Shown here piece by piece: positions 9,267 through 19,729 of a stretch of DNA of 60,600 nt. Each line of letters starts with the position of its first letter. Positions within the stretch are counted from its first letter, which is position 1. The position numbers and the translations under genes are program-made. Under the pieces are notes generated by a model. The model was given only the letters and a program-made list of their open reading frames with translations, was not told the origin of the DNA and did no database searches. Source of the stretch: a virus (taxonomy: Duplodnaviria; Caudoviricetes); the IMG/VR virus record IMGVR_UViG_3300033402_000013, positions 1-60,600 of that record. One strand, written 5' to 3'.

Positions 9267-10247
9267 TCAGGGGGATCGCCGCCTAGGTGGCTTCACATCG
9301 ACCTTTTGCCCGCCGACGATGCGCCAGCCTGGAACGTCCCAGCCTGGGCGCCAGGCCTGGATTACGGCCCGATCGTGAGGACGATTTGGGGGGTGTGCCC
9401 ATGATTTGTGCAGCAAGCCCTTCGAGACCTTGCTAGTCCCCCACCGAGTCTCGACTTCGATTTCGTGAGCGTCAGGAGGCATCTTGAAGAGGCCTCCCGG
9501 CTTCACCACCTGGCCGTGGAGAGCAACAGAGTCAGCACCTACGCGATCGTCAAGCGGCTCGAGGGAGTCATCGTCAACGAGCTCCGTCCACCGCATGTAC
9601 ATATCGTCGATCTCTTGTGCTGTCTCCTCGATCGCATCTCGATGAGTCGCGTTGTAGGCCCACGCTTGCTCCGTGCGAACGATGCGCTCGGCTTTCCACC
9701 ACTCGACGTCGGCAGCCTTCGCCACGCGCTCGACAGCCTCGCCAGTGCTGGCACCCGTTGCGAGCGCGATGCTCATCTCCTGCTCGATCTTCTTCACAAC
9801 ACCAGCGCCGTAGCTGGCCATGCTCTGCTTGTTTTGTTTCAGCAGCGAGGTCTTGCGCTTGTCGATGATGCCGTGAAAGCGAGAGGCCTCTTCGATTGGC
9901 AGGCGGATGACTCCACCTTCGCCGACCTTCTTCTCGAGCTGCTTGATGTTCTTGATCAGGCCTCGGAGAGCATCCGTCTGCGTTTCAATCGTCGCAGCTG
10001 CACTCGCGTTGCCGAGCTGGCGAGCGATGTCCATCTGTCCCTGTCGGACTTGAGCGAGCAGTGTTCGGTGTTGCAGGACCGTGAACGGAGATGAGCCTCG
10101 ACCAATGTGCGCGGTGATCTTGTGTTCGAGCTCGGCCTGAGCTTGGTCGTAGAGCCTCTTCAAACGAGCCACACCACCACGATCGATGAGCCGGTTCAGG
10201 GCTTTGATGTGGTTGACAGAGATCTCTTGGAACGCGCTCGCCATCAC
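9267..10247 (-). CDS. Head morphogenesis protein (SPP1 gp7/Mu gpF-like)
   Basis: AERIVRTEQAWAYN, DDRV...LHGQV and HPPNRPHDR motifs. Confidence 0.85.
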   Translation of the reverse strand: MMASAFQEISVNHIKALNRLIDRGGVARLKRLYDQAQAELEHKITAHIGRGSSPFTVLQHRTLLAQVRQGQMDIARQLGNASAAATIETQTDALRGLIKNIKQLEKKVGEGGVIRLPIEEASRFHGIIDKRKTSLLKQNKQSMASYGAGVVKKIEQEMSIALATGASTGEAVERVAKAADVEWWKAERIVRTEQAWAYNATHRDAIEETAQEIDDMYMRWTELVDDDSLEPLDDRVGADSVALHGQVVKPGGLFKMPPDAHEIEVETRWGTSKVSKGLLHKSWAHPPNRPHDRAVIQAWRPGWDVPGWRIVGGQKVDVKPPRRRSP

Positions 10248-10669
10248 CGCTCCGTGATGTACTCGGCGTATTCGATCAGCTGCGCGTTGTCGATGACAAC
10301 ACCACCGATGTTGTTGAACGCGTAGAGCACAAGCTGCGAGTAGATCGCTGCATAGTTCACAAGGAAAACGTACGTACCAGGCGAGGGAATCGGCTGCAAC
10401 GTTCCGCCGAGGAGACCTGGATTGTTCGTGTCGTAGACCTGCGCCCAGCCGAGGTCGACTTGATCTAGAATCACTACACGAACGAAAGCTGCAAACTGGA
10501 TCGAAGTTCCACCAGAGAGCTCGAGGAAGATGCCAAGCGTTCGCGGTCGAACGTTCGCATAGACCGCTGTCCCATCACCAAAGTAGCTCAGGTCTGCGCC
10601 TGTTACCGTGTCGTCTGGTGGAGACGATACGATCGGAACAGGCTCAACCTTACCGCGAAGCTGGCGCAT
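10244..10669 (-). CDS. Hypothetical virion-associated protein
   Basis: 141 aa beta-rich ORF coupled to the gp7-like gene. Confidence 0.5.
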   Translation of the reverse strand: MRQLRGKVEPVPIVSSPPDDTVTGADLSYFGDGTAVYANVRPRTLGIFLELSGGTSIQFAAFVRVVILDQVDLGWAQVYDTNNPGLLGGTLQPIPSPGTYVFLVNYAAIYSQLVLYAFNNIGGVVIDNAQLIEYAEYITER

Positions 10670-10692
10670 TCAAGACCTCGGCGAGCCCGAGG

Positions 10693-11064
10693 TCAGGCCA
10701 CGCAGCCGATCTCACCCTCGAAGTCGACCGTCAGTGCGGAGTTCGATCCGGCCGACATGGTCAAGAAGTCGGCCACGTTGAGCACGAGTGATCCGTTCCA
10801 GTCGAGGTAGCTGTTCGCTCCGACGGGAGTGGACTGCCACGCGAACTCGGTGCCGGCCGCGCCAACGCCGGTCGCTCCGATCCACGCGGAGACCGCAACA
10901 GATGCGGCTGTCTTGTTTGTCACGCGGATGTGCGTCAGCCGGATGAACGTGTTGGTCGGAGGAGATGCGTTCACGCCACCAGTCAAGGTCGGCGGGTTGA
11001 GCATGTTCGCGATCGACGTGGTGATCGCGGTTGGGCCTGAACGAAACGGTGCGTTGCTAGACAT
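10693..11064 (-). CDS. Jelly-roll-like virion protein
   Basis: GAAGGAG SD; pattern similar to the N-terminal domain of 13388-14644. Confidence 0.55.
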   Translation of the reverse strand: MSSNAPFRSGPTAITTSIANMLNPPTLTGGVNASPPTNTFIRLTHIRVTNKTAASVAVSAWIGATGVGAAGTEFAWQSTPVGANSYLDWNGSLVLNVADFLTMSAGSNSALTVDFEGEIGCVA

Positions 11065-11092
11065 GGTGCTCCTTCGAGGTGGCTACAGTATC

Positions 11093-11878
11093 TCAGAATT
11101 GCACGTACTCAAAGGTCCCCAAGCTCGTGTCCGAAGTCGCCGAGACTGGATGCGAAATCATCTCGATGAGATCTGGACCTTGAACTGCGAGCGGGACCTG
11201 GAACTGATGCTCGCGCTGATCTCCAGCTGGGTGTAGCAGAGTCGGCCCGATCTGTGTCAAAGGTTGATTGGTGAGGCTTGGGTTTCCATGCCGCACAAGG
11301 GACATCGTGCCGAGCACGCCATAGGCAGCAGCAGCCATCGACGTGATGTAGCAGGTCACGCCGGCTGGGACGTAGTGCGCAGCCCAGAACGTCATGTTGT
11401 CGCCGACGCCGCTGTTCACCGCGATAGAAGCCCAGACTGATCCACTACCAGCGGTCCCTGTGTAGAGTGAGATCGTTCCCAGGTTGGTTCCGCTAGAGGT
11501 ACCAGTCTGGGTCACCACCATGCTCTCGACGTACAGAATGTCCGTCCCGACGGTATTAACAGGTGTCGTGCCGTTGAGGGTGATGAGCTCGCTCTCAAGA
11601 ACGAAAGCGCTGGTGAGATACGTCAGCATGATCTGCTGCGCACCAGTCCCGGCCGCCGTGTCGTTGGCGGAGCTCGAGGCTACACTGCGTTGACCAGTCA
11701 CGGTCTGAGGTGTGTATGTCGTTGCTCTGATCGTTTTGTTCGAAGCCGCACTCGTGGCGGTATAACCAGTCGCCCGGCCAGCTATCGGTGGAGCCGCGTT
11801 ACCTTCGGCAAGAAACCCAGCGACAAGAGCTTGCCGCCAATCGACGACGATCGTATTTCCCCAGTTGTCACTAGCCAT
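11093..11878 (-). CDS. Hypothetical virion protein
   Basis: SSSANDTAAGTGA...ITLNGTTPV motif seen in phage structural proteins; T/A/G-rich. Confidence 0.6.
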   Translation of the reverse strand: MASDNWGNTIVVDWRQALVAGFLAEGNAAPPIAGRATGYTATSAASNKTIRATTYTPQTVTGQRSVASSSANDTAAGTGAQQIMLTYLTSAFVLESELITLNGTTPVNTVGTDILYVESMVVTQTGTSSGTNLGTISLYTGTAGSGSVWASIAVNSGVGDNMTFWAAHYVPAGVTCYITSMAAAAYGVLGTMSLVRHGNPSLTNQPLTQIGPTLLHPAGDQREHQFQVPLAVQGPDLIEMISHPVSATSDTSLGTFEYVQF

Positions 11879-11887
11879 GATGTGCCC

Positions 11888-13372
11888 TTATTCGAAGTAA
11901 CCGTCTACGAAGATCGAGCCGCGTGTAACACCTGGGGTCCCGGCCGCGCTCGTGATGAAGACCTTGTATGCGAAGTGTAGGTACGTGCCTGGCAAGCAGA
12001 GGATGGGCACCTGCGGAGCCCACGTGAATGGTCCGCCAGCTATTGGAGTACCTGCGGTCGATCCACCACCCGTGTAGAGCGTGACACCAGCCGCTTGCGT
12101 GATCGATGTGTAGTAGTGATTGAGCCCGACAGGAAAGCGTTGTCCGCCACCTGTCGAGATGTTGCCGCCGACGTTGTTCGCGATGACAAGCCATTCGAGG
12201 AATGGCAGGCCAGTAACACTGATCGCCGTGGTGACGACTGGCAGCGAAAACGTCAGGCCCTTGAGGTAGAACGAGTAGGGTGATGGGATCTGAAATCCGA
12301 ACACGGAGAGTGGGTTTTCACTCGCAACCGTGAGCGCCACCGCGTAGTCACCACCGAGGGCGTTGTATCCAGCTACGGTGTTCGACGGCGTCTCCGTCGT
12401 GGGCGCGGCAGTCATCGCGCTGCCGGTCTGGGCGTACGTCGTCGGGTTGATGGACGCCTGGCGCATCATGGACGACAGCTGTTCGCCCCATGGCTTGGCA
12501 AACAACGCGTCCAGTATCTGGACCGAATGCGATGCCAGCTTGAGCTGGATCGCAGTTCCGCCACCCGTCGTGTCTGTGTACACGCGTGCGAACGATGGGA
12601 TGTGGCTGACCGAGAACGTGTAGGCCGTCGCGGTTGGAATACGGAGCGTTGTGTCAACGATCGGCGTGCCGGTCGAATCGGAGACAATGAACCGAGCAAA
12701 GTCGTCGTCTACGATCACATCATAGTAGAGGAAACTCGTCGTGCTGATCACACCTTGGGCGACCAAGGTGGCCGACACGTTCTCGGTGCCGTTGTAGCTC
12801 GTCACTGCGACGAGGTTGCCGGCTGCGGTCCACCTGAAGAACGCACCGGTCGGGATCACGGCAGTCACGCCAGTTGGAGCACCAAAGCCAAGCTCGACCA
12901 GCGTGTGGTTTGACGCCACGTTGGCCGTGATGTTTGCCCGGAACCGACAGAAGATCGGATTGCGCGGATACTTCGGGAACTGGCGCTGGCTCGTGATGAT
13001 CGCGTCGGTGCTCGCCGTCGTGATACTGCTGTTGTTCAGCGTCAGGACGCCGGTCGCCTGCGCCGCAGTCATCGTCGTCAGAGACTGAGTCCAGAATCCG
13101 TTGATCGTCGAACCCTCGAACGCGTCCTGCCAGAGCACGATCTCGCTGGTTGATCGAAGCGTTGCAAACTCACCTACGCGCGGGATGCGCAGAACCGAGT
13201 CGCCGTCGATACCCATCGGTGGCAGTCCCGAAATCGGTACCGTCGGGACGGTCTTGTTTTGATAGACCAGCGGATTACCGAACTGGTCGTAGAGCCTGAC
13301 CTGCGCTGAGCCATTCGCGTCAACGGTCTGGCCTTGCGTCGGGGTAGTTTTATCTACAAGGTTAACGCCCAT
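11888..13372 (-). CDS. Large beta-rich virion/fibre protein
   Basis: 494 aa T/G/S-rich with lectin-like appearance, next to the collagen genes. Confidence 0.6.
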   Translation of the reverse strand: MGVNLVDKTTPTQGQTVDANGSAQVRLYDQFGNPLVYQNKTVPTVPISGLPPMGIDGDSVLRIPRVGEFATLRSTSEIVLWQDAFEGSTINGFWTQSLTTMTAAQATGVLTLNNSSITTASTDAIITSQRQFPKYPRNPIFCRFRANITANVASNHTLVELGFGAPTGVTAVIPTGAFFRWTAAGNLVAVTSYNGTENVSATLVAQGVISTTSFLYYDVIVDDDFARFIVSDSTGTPIVDTTLRIPTATAYTFSVSHIPSFARVYTDTTGGGTAIQLKLASHSVQILDALFAKPWGEQLSSMMRQASINPTTYAQTGSAMTAAPTTETPSNTVAGYNALGGDYAVALTVASENPLSVFGFQIPSPYSFYLKGLTFSLPVVTTAISVTGLPFLEWLVIANNVGGNISTGGGQRFPVGLNHYYTSITQAAGVTLYTGGGSTAGTPIAGGPFTWAPQVPILCLPGTYLHFAYKVFITSAAGTPGVTRGSIFVDGYFE

Positions 13373-13387
13373 CGATGTGCTCCTATC

Positions 13388-14644
13388 CTACTGCCATCGC
13401 CAGTTGACGGTGAATGCTCCGTACATCTGTTCGAGCGTGCACGCAAGGTAGATGGTGAAGCCAGTACCTGCCACAATATCGCCAGCTGTCACGCCGAGCT
13501 CAGCTGCAAGAATCTTGATCTCATCCTCTGAATGATCAGCTGTTGCTGTCAGAGCAATCCATGCCTCGACATTCGAGGTCAACAGGATTCCTGTCTGTCC
13601 GGTGATCGTTGTCGATACCGGACCGTTGTTCCACGTCGAACCGAACGTAACAGTCGCTGAACCGACAGTGACGGTCGAACCTGACGTACCGGCTGGACCT
13701 TGAGGACCAGGAGGGCCTTGATCGCCATCTTCACCGTCAAGCCCAGGAGGACCCGGCACACCCTGAATGCCTTGAATGCCCTGCGGACCTTGAGCACCTT
13801 GAGCACCTTGCAGGCCTGGCGGTCCTTGATCACCGTCCTCACCGTCGAGTCCTGGTGGGCCTTGGTTGCCTTGTTGGCCTTGAGCACCGGTTGCTCCGGT
13901 CAGCCCCTGAATACCGGGCGGGCCTTGATCGCCGTCGTTACCGTCGTCGCCTTGTGGACCAGGAATACCTTGAAGACCTTGCGCACCCTGAAGGCCTGGT
14001 GTGCCAGGCGGACCTTGGTCACCATCCTCACCATCTAGGCCAGGTGGTCCTTGATTGCCTTGCAGACCTTGAGTGCCTTGTACACCTTGAAGACCTTGCA
14101 GACCTTGCGGGCCTTGATCACCATCGGCACCATCATCACCCTGCGGTCCCGGCACACCCTGCACACCCTGGATGCCTTGCGGTCCTTGAATACCAGGAGG
14201 ACCTTGATCACCATCCTCGCCCGGCTCGCCTTGCGATCCTTGATTGCCCTGCTGGCCTGTCGGTCCTTGGTTGCCAACGGTCTGCAAGCTGCCGTTCGAG
14301 TCGTAGACACGCCAACCATCTTGATCCATCGTCGCCCAGCCATTAGCTGGGATCGTGAACGAACCAGTGATCTGATTAGCCGCTGCGGTACCACCGACAA
14401 AGATCGAGACGCCGGTTGCTGCGATACCTGTCGTGTTCGCGAGATGGATCGTCTTGATGAGTGATGTGTATGGATATGCTGGCGCTGTGTAGATCGTCGC
14501 TACTGAGGTCAGTAGAACACCTTGCGCAAGCACGTGGTACAGCGGATCGCCTTGAGCAACCTCTGCGCCAGTGATCGTATACGTGACTGGTGAGAGCACG
14601 CTCGAAACGCCAGCGATCGTTCCAGATGATGGAAGCGTCAGCAT
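13388..14644 (-). CDS. Collagen-like fibre protein with N- and C-terminal globular domains
   Basis: Central uninterrupted Gly-X-Y run of about 200 aa. Confidence 0.9.
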   Translation of the reverse strand: MLTLPSSGTIAGVSSVLSPVTYTITGAEVAQGDPLYHVLAQGVLLTSVATIYTAPAYPYTSLIKTIHLANTTGIAATGVSIFVGGTAAANQITGSFTIPANGWATMDQDGWRVYDSNGSLQTVGNQGPTGQQGNQGSQGEPGEDGDQGPPGIQGPQGIQGVQGVPGPQGDDGADGDQGPQGLQGLQGVQGTQGLQGNQGPPGLDGEDGDQGPPGTPGLQGAQGLQGIPGPQGDDGNDGDQGPPGIQGLTGATGAQGQQGNQGPPGLDGEDGDQGPPGLQGAQGAQGPQGIQGIQGVPGPPGLDGEDGDQGPPGPQGPAGTSGSTVTVGSATVTFGSTWNNGPVSTTITGQTGILLTSNVEAWIALTATADHSEDEIKILAAELGVTAGDIVAGTGFTIYLACTLEQMYGAFTVNWRWQ

Positions 14645-15525
14645 CTAGCCTGCCAAGAAGAACACATAGCCCTCGGTGATACCAGCAGGCGCTGGCGGTC
14701 CTGGCGGCCCAGTTTCACCATCATCACCGTCATCACCTGGAGGACCTTGCGATCCGGCGACACCTTGAACACCTTGCACGCCCTGCGCGCCTTGAGGTCC
14801 TGGCGGTCCCTGATCTCCATCTTCGCCGTCGCTGCCGTCCATTCCTGGAGGACCTTGCAGTCCGCTCGCGCCTTGTGCGCCTTGTGGTCCAGCAGGACCA
14901 GGCGGGCCGATGTCCCCGTCTTGCCCGTCTTCGCCGTCCATGCCCGGTGCGCCCGGCACACCTTGCAGGCCTTGAATGCCTTGTTGGCCTTGGATGCCTT
15001 GCGGGCCTGGAGGTCCTTGATCACCATCCTCACCATCGGCACCATCGAGACCGGGTGTACCAGGCACGCCTTGCAAGCCTTGAGGACCTTGTGCCCCGAC
15101 AGGACCTGGCGGACCGATCTCACCATCTTGGCCATCTTCGCCATCGAGACCAGGAGCGCCTGGTACTCCTTGAGCACCTTGCACACCTTGTGCACCCTGT
15201 GGACCCGCTGGTCCCGGAGGACCTTGATCGCCATCTTCGCCGTCAGCGCCATCGGTGCCCTGTTGTCCTTGAACACCTTGAGCACCTTGAGGTCCTTGAG
15301 CACCTTGCGGCCCAGGAGGACCAGGAGGACCAGGAGGACCTTGATCACCGTCCTCGCCGTCGGCACCATCAATGCCTTGCTGACCTTGCGGACCGGTCGC
15401 GCCTTGTAGGCCTTGAATGCCCTGCTGGCCTGGTGCCCCCTGTTCGCCGTCCTCGCCTTGCTCACCCTGTTCGCCTGGCGGTCCCTGCGGGCCTGGTGGT
15501 CCCTGCGATCCCTGCGTGCCGGGCG
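13680..15525. repeat. Degenerate 9-nt-period coding repeats of the two collagen domains
   Basis: Recurrent CCTTG/GGACC units and a higher-order DG[EA]DGDQGPPG repeat; interrupted by the globular domain at about 14270-14690. Confidence 0.85.
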
Positions 15526-15571
15526 CACCGACACCAGGGAGGAAGCCACTGCCGTCGCCAAGGAAGCTCAC
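14645..15571 (-). CDS. Collagen-like protein, almost entirely Gly-X-Y
   Basis: About 280 of 308 aa are Gly-X-Y; GTG start. Confidence 0.9.
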   Translation of the reverse strand: MSFLGDGSGFLPGVGAPGTQGSQGPPGPQGPPGEQGEQGEDGEQGAPGQQGIQGLQGATGPQGQQGIDGADGEDGDQGPPGPPGPPGPQGAQGPQGAQGVQGQQGTDGADGEDGDQGPPGPAGPQGAQGVQGAQGVPGAPGLDGEDGQDGEIGPPGPVGAQGPQGLQGVPGTPGLDGADGEDGDQGPPGPQGIQGQQGIQGLQGVPGAPGMDGEDGQDGDIGPPGPAGPQGAQGASGLQGPPGMDGSDGEDGDQGPPGPQGAQGVQGVQGVAGSQGPPGDDGDDGETGPPGPPAPAGITEGYVFFLAG

Positions 15572-15650
15572 ATGGCGATGCTACTACAGACTGAATGTTC
15601 GAGCGATACGCCGATGAATCTCTGACGGAACTTGCTCAGTCTTCAGTCGA

Positions 15651-16112
15651 TCATCCGACCGGTTCACGTTCGACCCATCGAGCACAGCAGCCACGAGCTT
15701 CGACAGGTGCGGGTTTGCCCTCGACGTAGACACCTCGACATAGTCCAGTATCGTCCGTTCGCGGGTCATAGTATCGGCACCGATCGCAGCTTGTACCGCC
15801 CTCGGGAGCTCGGATCAAGCCTGCGAGCTCAGGTTCGACCATCTTCTGTCCGCCGAGCGTGGTCGCGTAGAGAACCGGTTCGCCGTCCACATGGTAGCCG
15901 CACACCATGTCGCTCGTGACCTCAACCTCGGTCCCCATGAGCAGACAACGGTTGTCCATCTCGGCCCACAGCCCGCAGTTGCCACAGGTCTTGCGCTGTC
16001 CGTCTGGATTCGGATGGCAGTACAGGACATCGCTTGGCCTGGGCAGCTGGATCGGTCCGACAGGCAAGCCGGTCTTGCCCTCGACGAGGATCGCAAGCTT
16101 TTTGATGTTCAT
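15651..16112 (-). CDS. Protein with two HiPIP-like four-cysteine domains
   Basis: CGNC-x10-C...VCGYH and CDRC...GLC...VEARGCCARW. Confidence 0.5.
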   Translation of the reverse strand: MNIKKLAILVEGKTGLPVGPIQLPRPSDVLYCHPNPDGQRKTCGNCGLWAEMDNRCLLMGTEVEVTSDMVCGYHVDGEPVLYATTLGGQKMVEPELAGLIRAPEGGTSCDRCRYYDPRTDDTGLCRGVYVEGKPAPVEARGCCARWVEREPVG

Positions 16113-16113
16113 G

Positions 16114-16521
16114 TCAGCCCGCTACCTGAACGATCGGCTTGTCCGCCCCAGGTCCGCGATCGATCTCGACGATGAAGTAGCTGGGTGCCTTCGCGGCCTG
16201 TTTCTCCAACTCCTTCTGATGAAACTTGCACGCGGCCACCTTCGCCACCAGCACCAAGTTGCCGAGCTTGGATGGGATCGACGGGATGAACGGGCCGTCA
16301 GGATTGCGGCGAGCAATCTCAGCAGCGAGTCGTGGTTGCTTAACGATCAGCTCCATGAGCTGAACGAAGGTCTTGATCTGGATGACAGGAGGTCCACCGC
16401 AGGCCATACATCGCTGGCGGAAGCCGTGCTGAGCGTGGACCTCTTCAGCGGTCGCGATGCCCTTGAACAGCTTGGTGCGGTGGATGACGGGGTTGTTCTG
16501 AAGGCGATCGCGACGACCCAT
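16114..16521 (-). CDS. Hypothetical Zn-binding protein
   Basis: CMAC...CKFH motifs, 135 aa. Confidence 0.6.
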   Translation of the reverse strand: MGRRDRLQNNPVIHRTKLFKGIATAEEVHAQHGFRQRCMACGGPPVIQIKTFVQLMELIVKQPRLAAEIARRNPDGPFIPSIPSKLGNLVLVAKVAACKFHQKELEKQAAKAPSYFIVEIDRGPGADKPIVQVAG

Positions 16522-16533
16522 GGCCTAGCTCTA

Positions 16534-16950
16534 TCACAGCTCGCCGTAAGTCGCAGCAATTGCCTTCCAGTTGATGTCCGCACCGATGCCACGGTCATCG
16601 ATGTAGAGGTCGGCCTCGAGCTTGCCCTGTCGGCCGTCATCGATGGCATCGAAGACACCTGGCAGCTCCTCGGCCACGAAGCGGAGCATCTGTCGTAGGC
16701 GGTCAGCGTGCAGCATACGAGCAGCGTCGCTTGGCCACGGCATCCCTTCGACCCAGAGCGGATCGAACTCCGGGTTGTAGATGAGTGCTCGGTTCGTTCG
16801 TCCTGACCAGAGGACCAGCGTGTGTCCGGCTCGTTTCAACGAGCGTAGACCTTCTCGAGCTCCAGGCAGAAAGATCAACGGCGAGTAGATGTCGTTATAC
16901 GGACGATCGCTCGAGACAATCGTCCCGTCGAAATCGACGGCGATAATCAC
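16534..16950 (-). CDS. HAD-superfamily hydrolase/phosphatase
   Basis: IIAVDFDGTI, LVLWSGR and K..ADLYIDDR motifs. Confidence 0.85.
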   Translation of the reverse strand: MIIAVDFDGTIVSSDRPYNDIYSPLIFLPGAREGLRSLKRAGHTLVLWSGRTNRALIYNPEFDPLWVEGMPWPSDAARMLHADRLRQMLRFVAEELPGVFDAIDDGRQGKLEADLYIDDRGIGADINWKAIAATYGEL

Positions 16951-17204
16951 CGAACGCGACCGACAAGGACAGGCACCGAGTCGATGCCTGCTTTCAGCCA
17001 GGCGAGCACTCGATGATGGCCGTCAAGGATCCTGACGTTGCCATCGGCAATCAGAACGAAGATCGGCGGCAAGTCGAGGTCCTGCTGAAGACTCTCAACG
17101 AGGGAGTTGATCTTCTGATCGTCGATTGGGTGCTTGATGGTCTTCGCGAGCTCGCTGGTCGGCCACGACTCGTAAGCCCATGCAACTGGTCTAGATGATG
17201 GCAT
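16947..17204 (-). CDS. Stand-alone ParB/sulfiredoxin-like N-terminal domain
   Basis: LPPIFV...ILDGHHRVLA. Confidence 0.75.
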   Translation of the reverse strand: MPSSRPVAWAYESWPTSELAKTIKHPIDDQKINSLVESLQQDLDLPPIFVLIADGNVRILDGHHRVLAWLKAGIDSVPVLVGRVR

Positions 17205-17207
17205 CGT

Positions 17208-17495
17208 CTACTCCTGTCGCTCCCAAGCCTTCGGTGTCCGGTAGATCTCGAACTTGAACGGATACACCCAAGCTGCGAGACGAACAAGCATGTAGAACAG
17301 GAAGAACCGCCAGCGTTTGTACGGTGGTGGTGTCTCGACTTCGACTGCAATCGTCAAAGCCGGATCATCCTTCGGCGTGTGCCTGACCCATGGATCACCA
17401 TACTCCGGCGATTCGGTCAGCTCCACAGGACCGACCTTGATCGCCGAGTGCGGATCTATAGCAGCGAGCGCGAGCGCACGTTGCTCCTCGGTCAC
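17208..17495 (-). CDS. Hypothetical protein
   Basis: GTG start overlapping the upstream TGA. Confidence 0.45.
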   Translation of the reverse strand: MTEEQRALALAAIDPHSAIKVGPVELTESPEYGDPWVRHTPKDDPALTIAVEVETPPPYKRWRFFLFYMLVRLAAWVYPFKFEIYRTPKAWERQE

Positions 17496-17761
17496 CGCTT
17501 CTTCCCCTTCTTCGTCGGAGCCGGCGCTGGCTTCGGTCGCATCGAATCGAGCGTCACCGTGCCTGGCCACACACCTGCCATCGAAGTGGCTGTGTGCGAA
17601 GGAGGAGCGATCGTTGGTGCAGCGCTTGTGTGAGGCAGCTCGAGCTGCACCCTCGGTGGTAGGTGCCCTCGCGGCATCTTCACCGATGGGATCTTCACAG
17701 GCCCGGCATCAGCCGAGCGGGCTACGAGCTCGTAGATCTTCTTCGGGTCAGCCTTGCTCAC
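17492..17761 (-). CDS. Hypothetical basic Pro-rich protein
   Basis: GTG at 17761 overlaps the portal 3' end; MSKADPKKIYEL...KKGKKR. Confidence 0.45.
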   Translation of the reverse strand: MSKADPKKIYELVARSADAGPVKIPSVKMPRGHLPPRVQLELPHTSAAPTIAPPSHTATSMAGVWPGTVTLDSMRPKPAPAPTKKGKKR

Positions 17762-19709
17762 CGCCAGCTCCTGGTGTTGGTGGAGGAGTCGGAGCTGCTG
17801 GCGCCTCGGGTGCTGCGGGTGCGCCAGGTGTTGGTGGCTTCGCCTTTGCGGCAGCAGCTTGCGTCTGCGCCACGAAGGACTTCTTCCCGCCCAACGTTCC
17901 GACGATCTTGAATGCTTCCTCGCGATTGACGGGGAACGAGACCTCGATGATGGCCATGGCGCTCTCGGCTGTGATCTGTCCGGCTGCCACAGCTTGTGCG
18001 AGCGCGAGCAGCGAGGTGACTTGCGCACCGTTGAGTGCGGACTTCTGAACCTCGACAGGCGCGGTCGAGTCTTTGTCCTCGGTATCGTCGCCAGGACCTT
18101 TGAGCGCCATCTCCTCGAGGGATTGCTGGTCGGCACGAGCCGCACGTCGCACTTCCTCGAGCATCGAGCGAACGTCCTCGACACCGAAGTACTGCGCAAC
18201 GTACTTCGCGGCAGTCAGATCATCGACGAGACCGCTGCCCTTGGCAGCGATGGCAGACTGGATCGCAAAGGTCGCATCCTTCGAGCTCGACTCGAAGTAC
18301 GGTGGCCAGCCGAGCGAGACTTGATAGGGTCCGTTGCCGAGCTCGCGCTTGGTCCGAACCACCGCGCCCGTTCGCTCGTTCACCACCACCTTGTCAGGCA
18401 GCGTAAACGAGTAGACGACGATCGAATCGCCATCTCGGCGAGGAGTCATCAGGCGCTTGGCTGCAACGAGTACCATGTTGAGCAGCCGCTTGACTCCCAT
18501 CTCGCCGTATTGCTCGCGCAAGATGTCGGCCTTCGCGAGCATGCTCGCGTAGCTGCGCTCGACTTCGGTTGCGGTCTTCTCGATCCCCTGTCCAGGGTTC
18601 TCGAGCACGCACTGAGCAACCTCGAGCGCCATCGCCTTGTAGTCGTCAGCCTTGGTCTTCGCTTGCTCGATCCCTGAGCCCGTCATCTCCATGTACTTTG
18701 CGTCGCTGCCAGCTGGCAGCTTGAGCGCGAAGCCTGAGCCCTTCTTCACTTCGCCCATCGGGGCATCAGTCGTCACGACGGTAGTCGGGTCTGAGTTCGC
18801 GAGCGTGCCCTTCTCACCCTGCGCGTTGAGCCGGTCGATCGCTTCGACGAGCTCGTAGATGCCCACGCAGTCTGAGTCACCGTCGAGGTCGGTCGTGTTG
18901 GCCATGTTCTGGATCCACACGACAGGACAGAACCCAAGATTGTGATCGACCTTCTCTCCTGGGATCCACTGCACGTCGCCAGGCTGGTCCACCATCACAG
19001 GCTGAAAGATAGTGTCGCTCTTGGTATCGATCACACGTCGGTACCACCACTCGACCTCGTACCAGTTCCCTTTTTCGTCGCGGACCTCTTGCACGAAGAT
19101 GTAGCGGTAGTCCAGGGACTGAAGCACGAGCTGCTGTCGATCGAGAAACTTCGGAGTTGCCCAGCGTGGGTCGAAGACCTCGAAGACTGGTCGGCCTTGC
19201 AACATCTTGAAGCCGACGACGGTGGTACCGCAGGCACCACCAAAGGCACGGGCAGCCATCATCGTCGGCCAGAGGCGCCCTTCCTCGACGACGGCTTGCA
19301 GAAAGTCCTCGGTCTTCATGTCACCAGCGACAGTGATCTTCGGGTGCCGCTTCTGCGAGAACAGGAGGCTCGTGAATCGATCGACGATGACCTTGCACAG
19401 GTGATACGGAGTGGTCGGTCGCCGGAAGTGGATCGGCAGCGTCTCGCTGTTCGCAACGTAGAAGCCGGGTGGAACGTAGCCGGCGAGAGCGATGGTGTCG
19501 CGCTCGACCATGCCCACGTGCTTCGATCCGTCCCATGACACCGTCCTAGCCGCGTACTGATCACAGCGGTAGTAGCTGTACAGCTTGTCGAGCACCTGCT
19601 GGCGTGGCGACATGCCTAGACGTCGGCGGTCGCCATCGACCTCGTCGGCATGCATCACCTTCGCCGAGATCGCTGAGATTGGTCCGCCTGGGAGGCCGCT
19701 GGAGCTCAC
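17748..19709 (-). CDS. Portal protein (SPP1 gp6-like)
   Basis: 653 aa; CKVIVDRFTSLLF, HNLGFCPVVWIQN...DGDSD motifs; Pro/Ala-rich tail. Confidence 0.88.
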   Translation of the reverse strand: MSSSGLPGGPISAISAKVMHADEVDGDRRRLGMSPRQQVLDKLYSYYRCDQYAARTVSWDGSKHVGMVERDTIALAGYVPPGFYVANSETLPIHFRRPTTPYHLCKVIVDRFTSLLFSQKRHPKITVAGDMKTEDFLQAVVEEGRLWPTMMAARAFGGACGTTVVGFKMLQGRPVFEVFDPRWATPKFLDRQQLVLQSLDYRYIFVQEVRDEKGNWYEVEWWYRRVIDTKSDTIFQPVMVDQPGDVQWIPGEKVDHNLGFCPVVWIQNMANTTDLDGDSDCVGIYELVEAIDRLNAQGEKGTLANSDPTTVVTTDAPMGEVKKGSGFALKLPAGSDAKYMEMTGSGIEQAKTKADDYKAMALEVAQCVLENPGQGIEKTATEVERSYASMLAKADILREQYGEMGVKRLLNMVLVAAKRLMTPRRDGDSIVVYSFTLPDKVVVNERTGAVVRTKRELGNGPYQVSLGWPPYFESSSKDATFAIQSAIAAKGSGLVDDLTAAKYVAQYFGVEDVRSMLEEVRRAARADQQSLEEMALKGPGDDTEDKDSTAPVEVQKSALNGAQVTSLLALAQAVAAGQITAESAMAIIEVSFPVNREEAFKIVGTLGGKKSFVAQTQAAAAKAKPPTPGAPAAPEAPAAPTPPPTPGAGGEQG

Positions 19710-19729
19710 CCGGCCAATCTAGCACTAGG

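Noticed and set aside
13579-15594. Repetitive alternative-frame ORFs over the collagen genes; possible CRISPR or tandem array
   Set aside because: Explained by Gly-X-Y codon periodicity; no identical repeats with unique spacers and no cas genes
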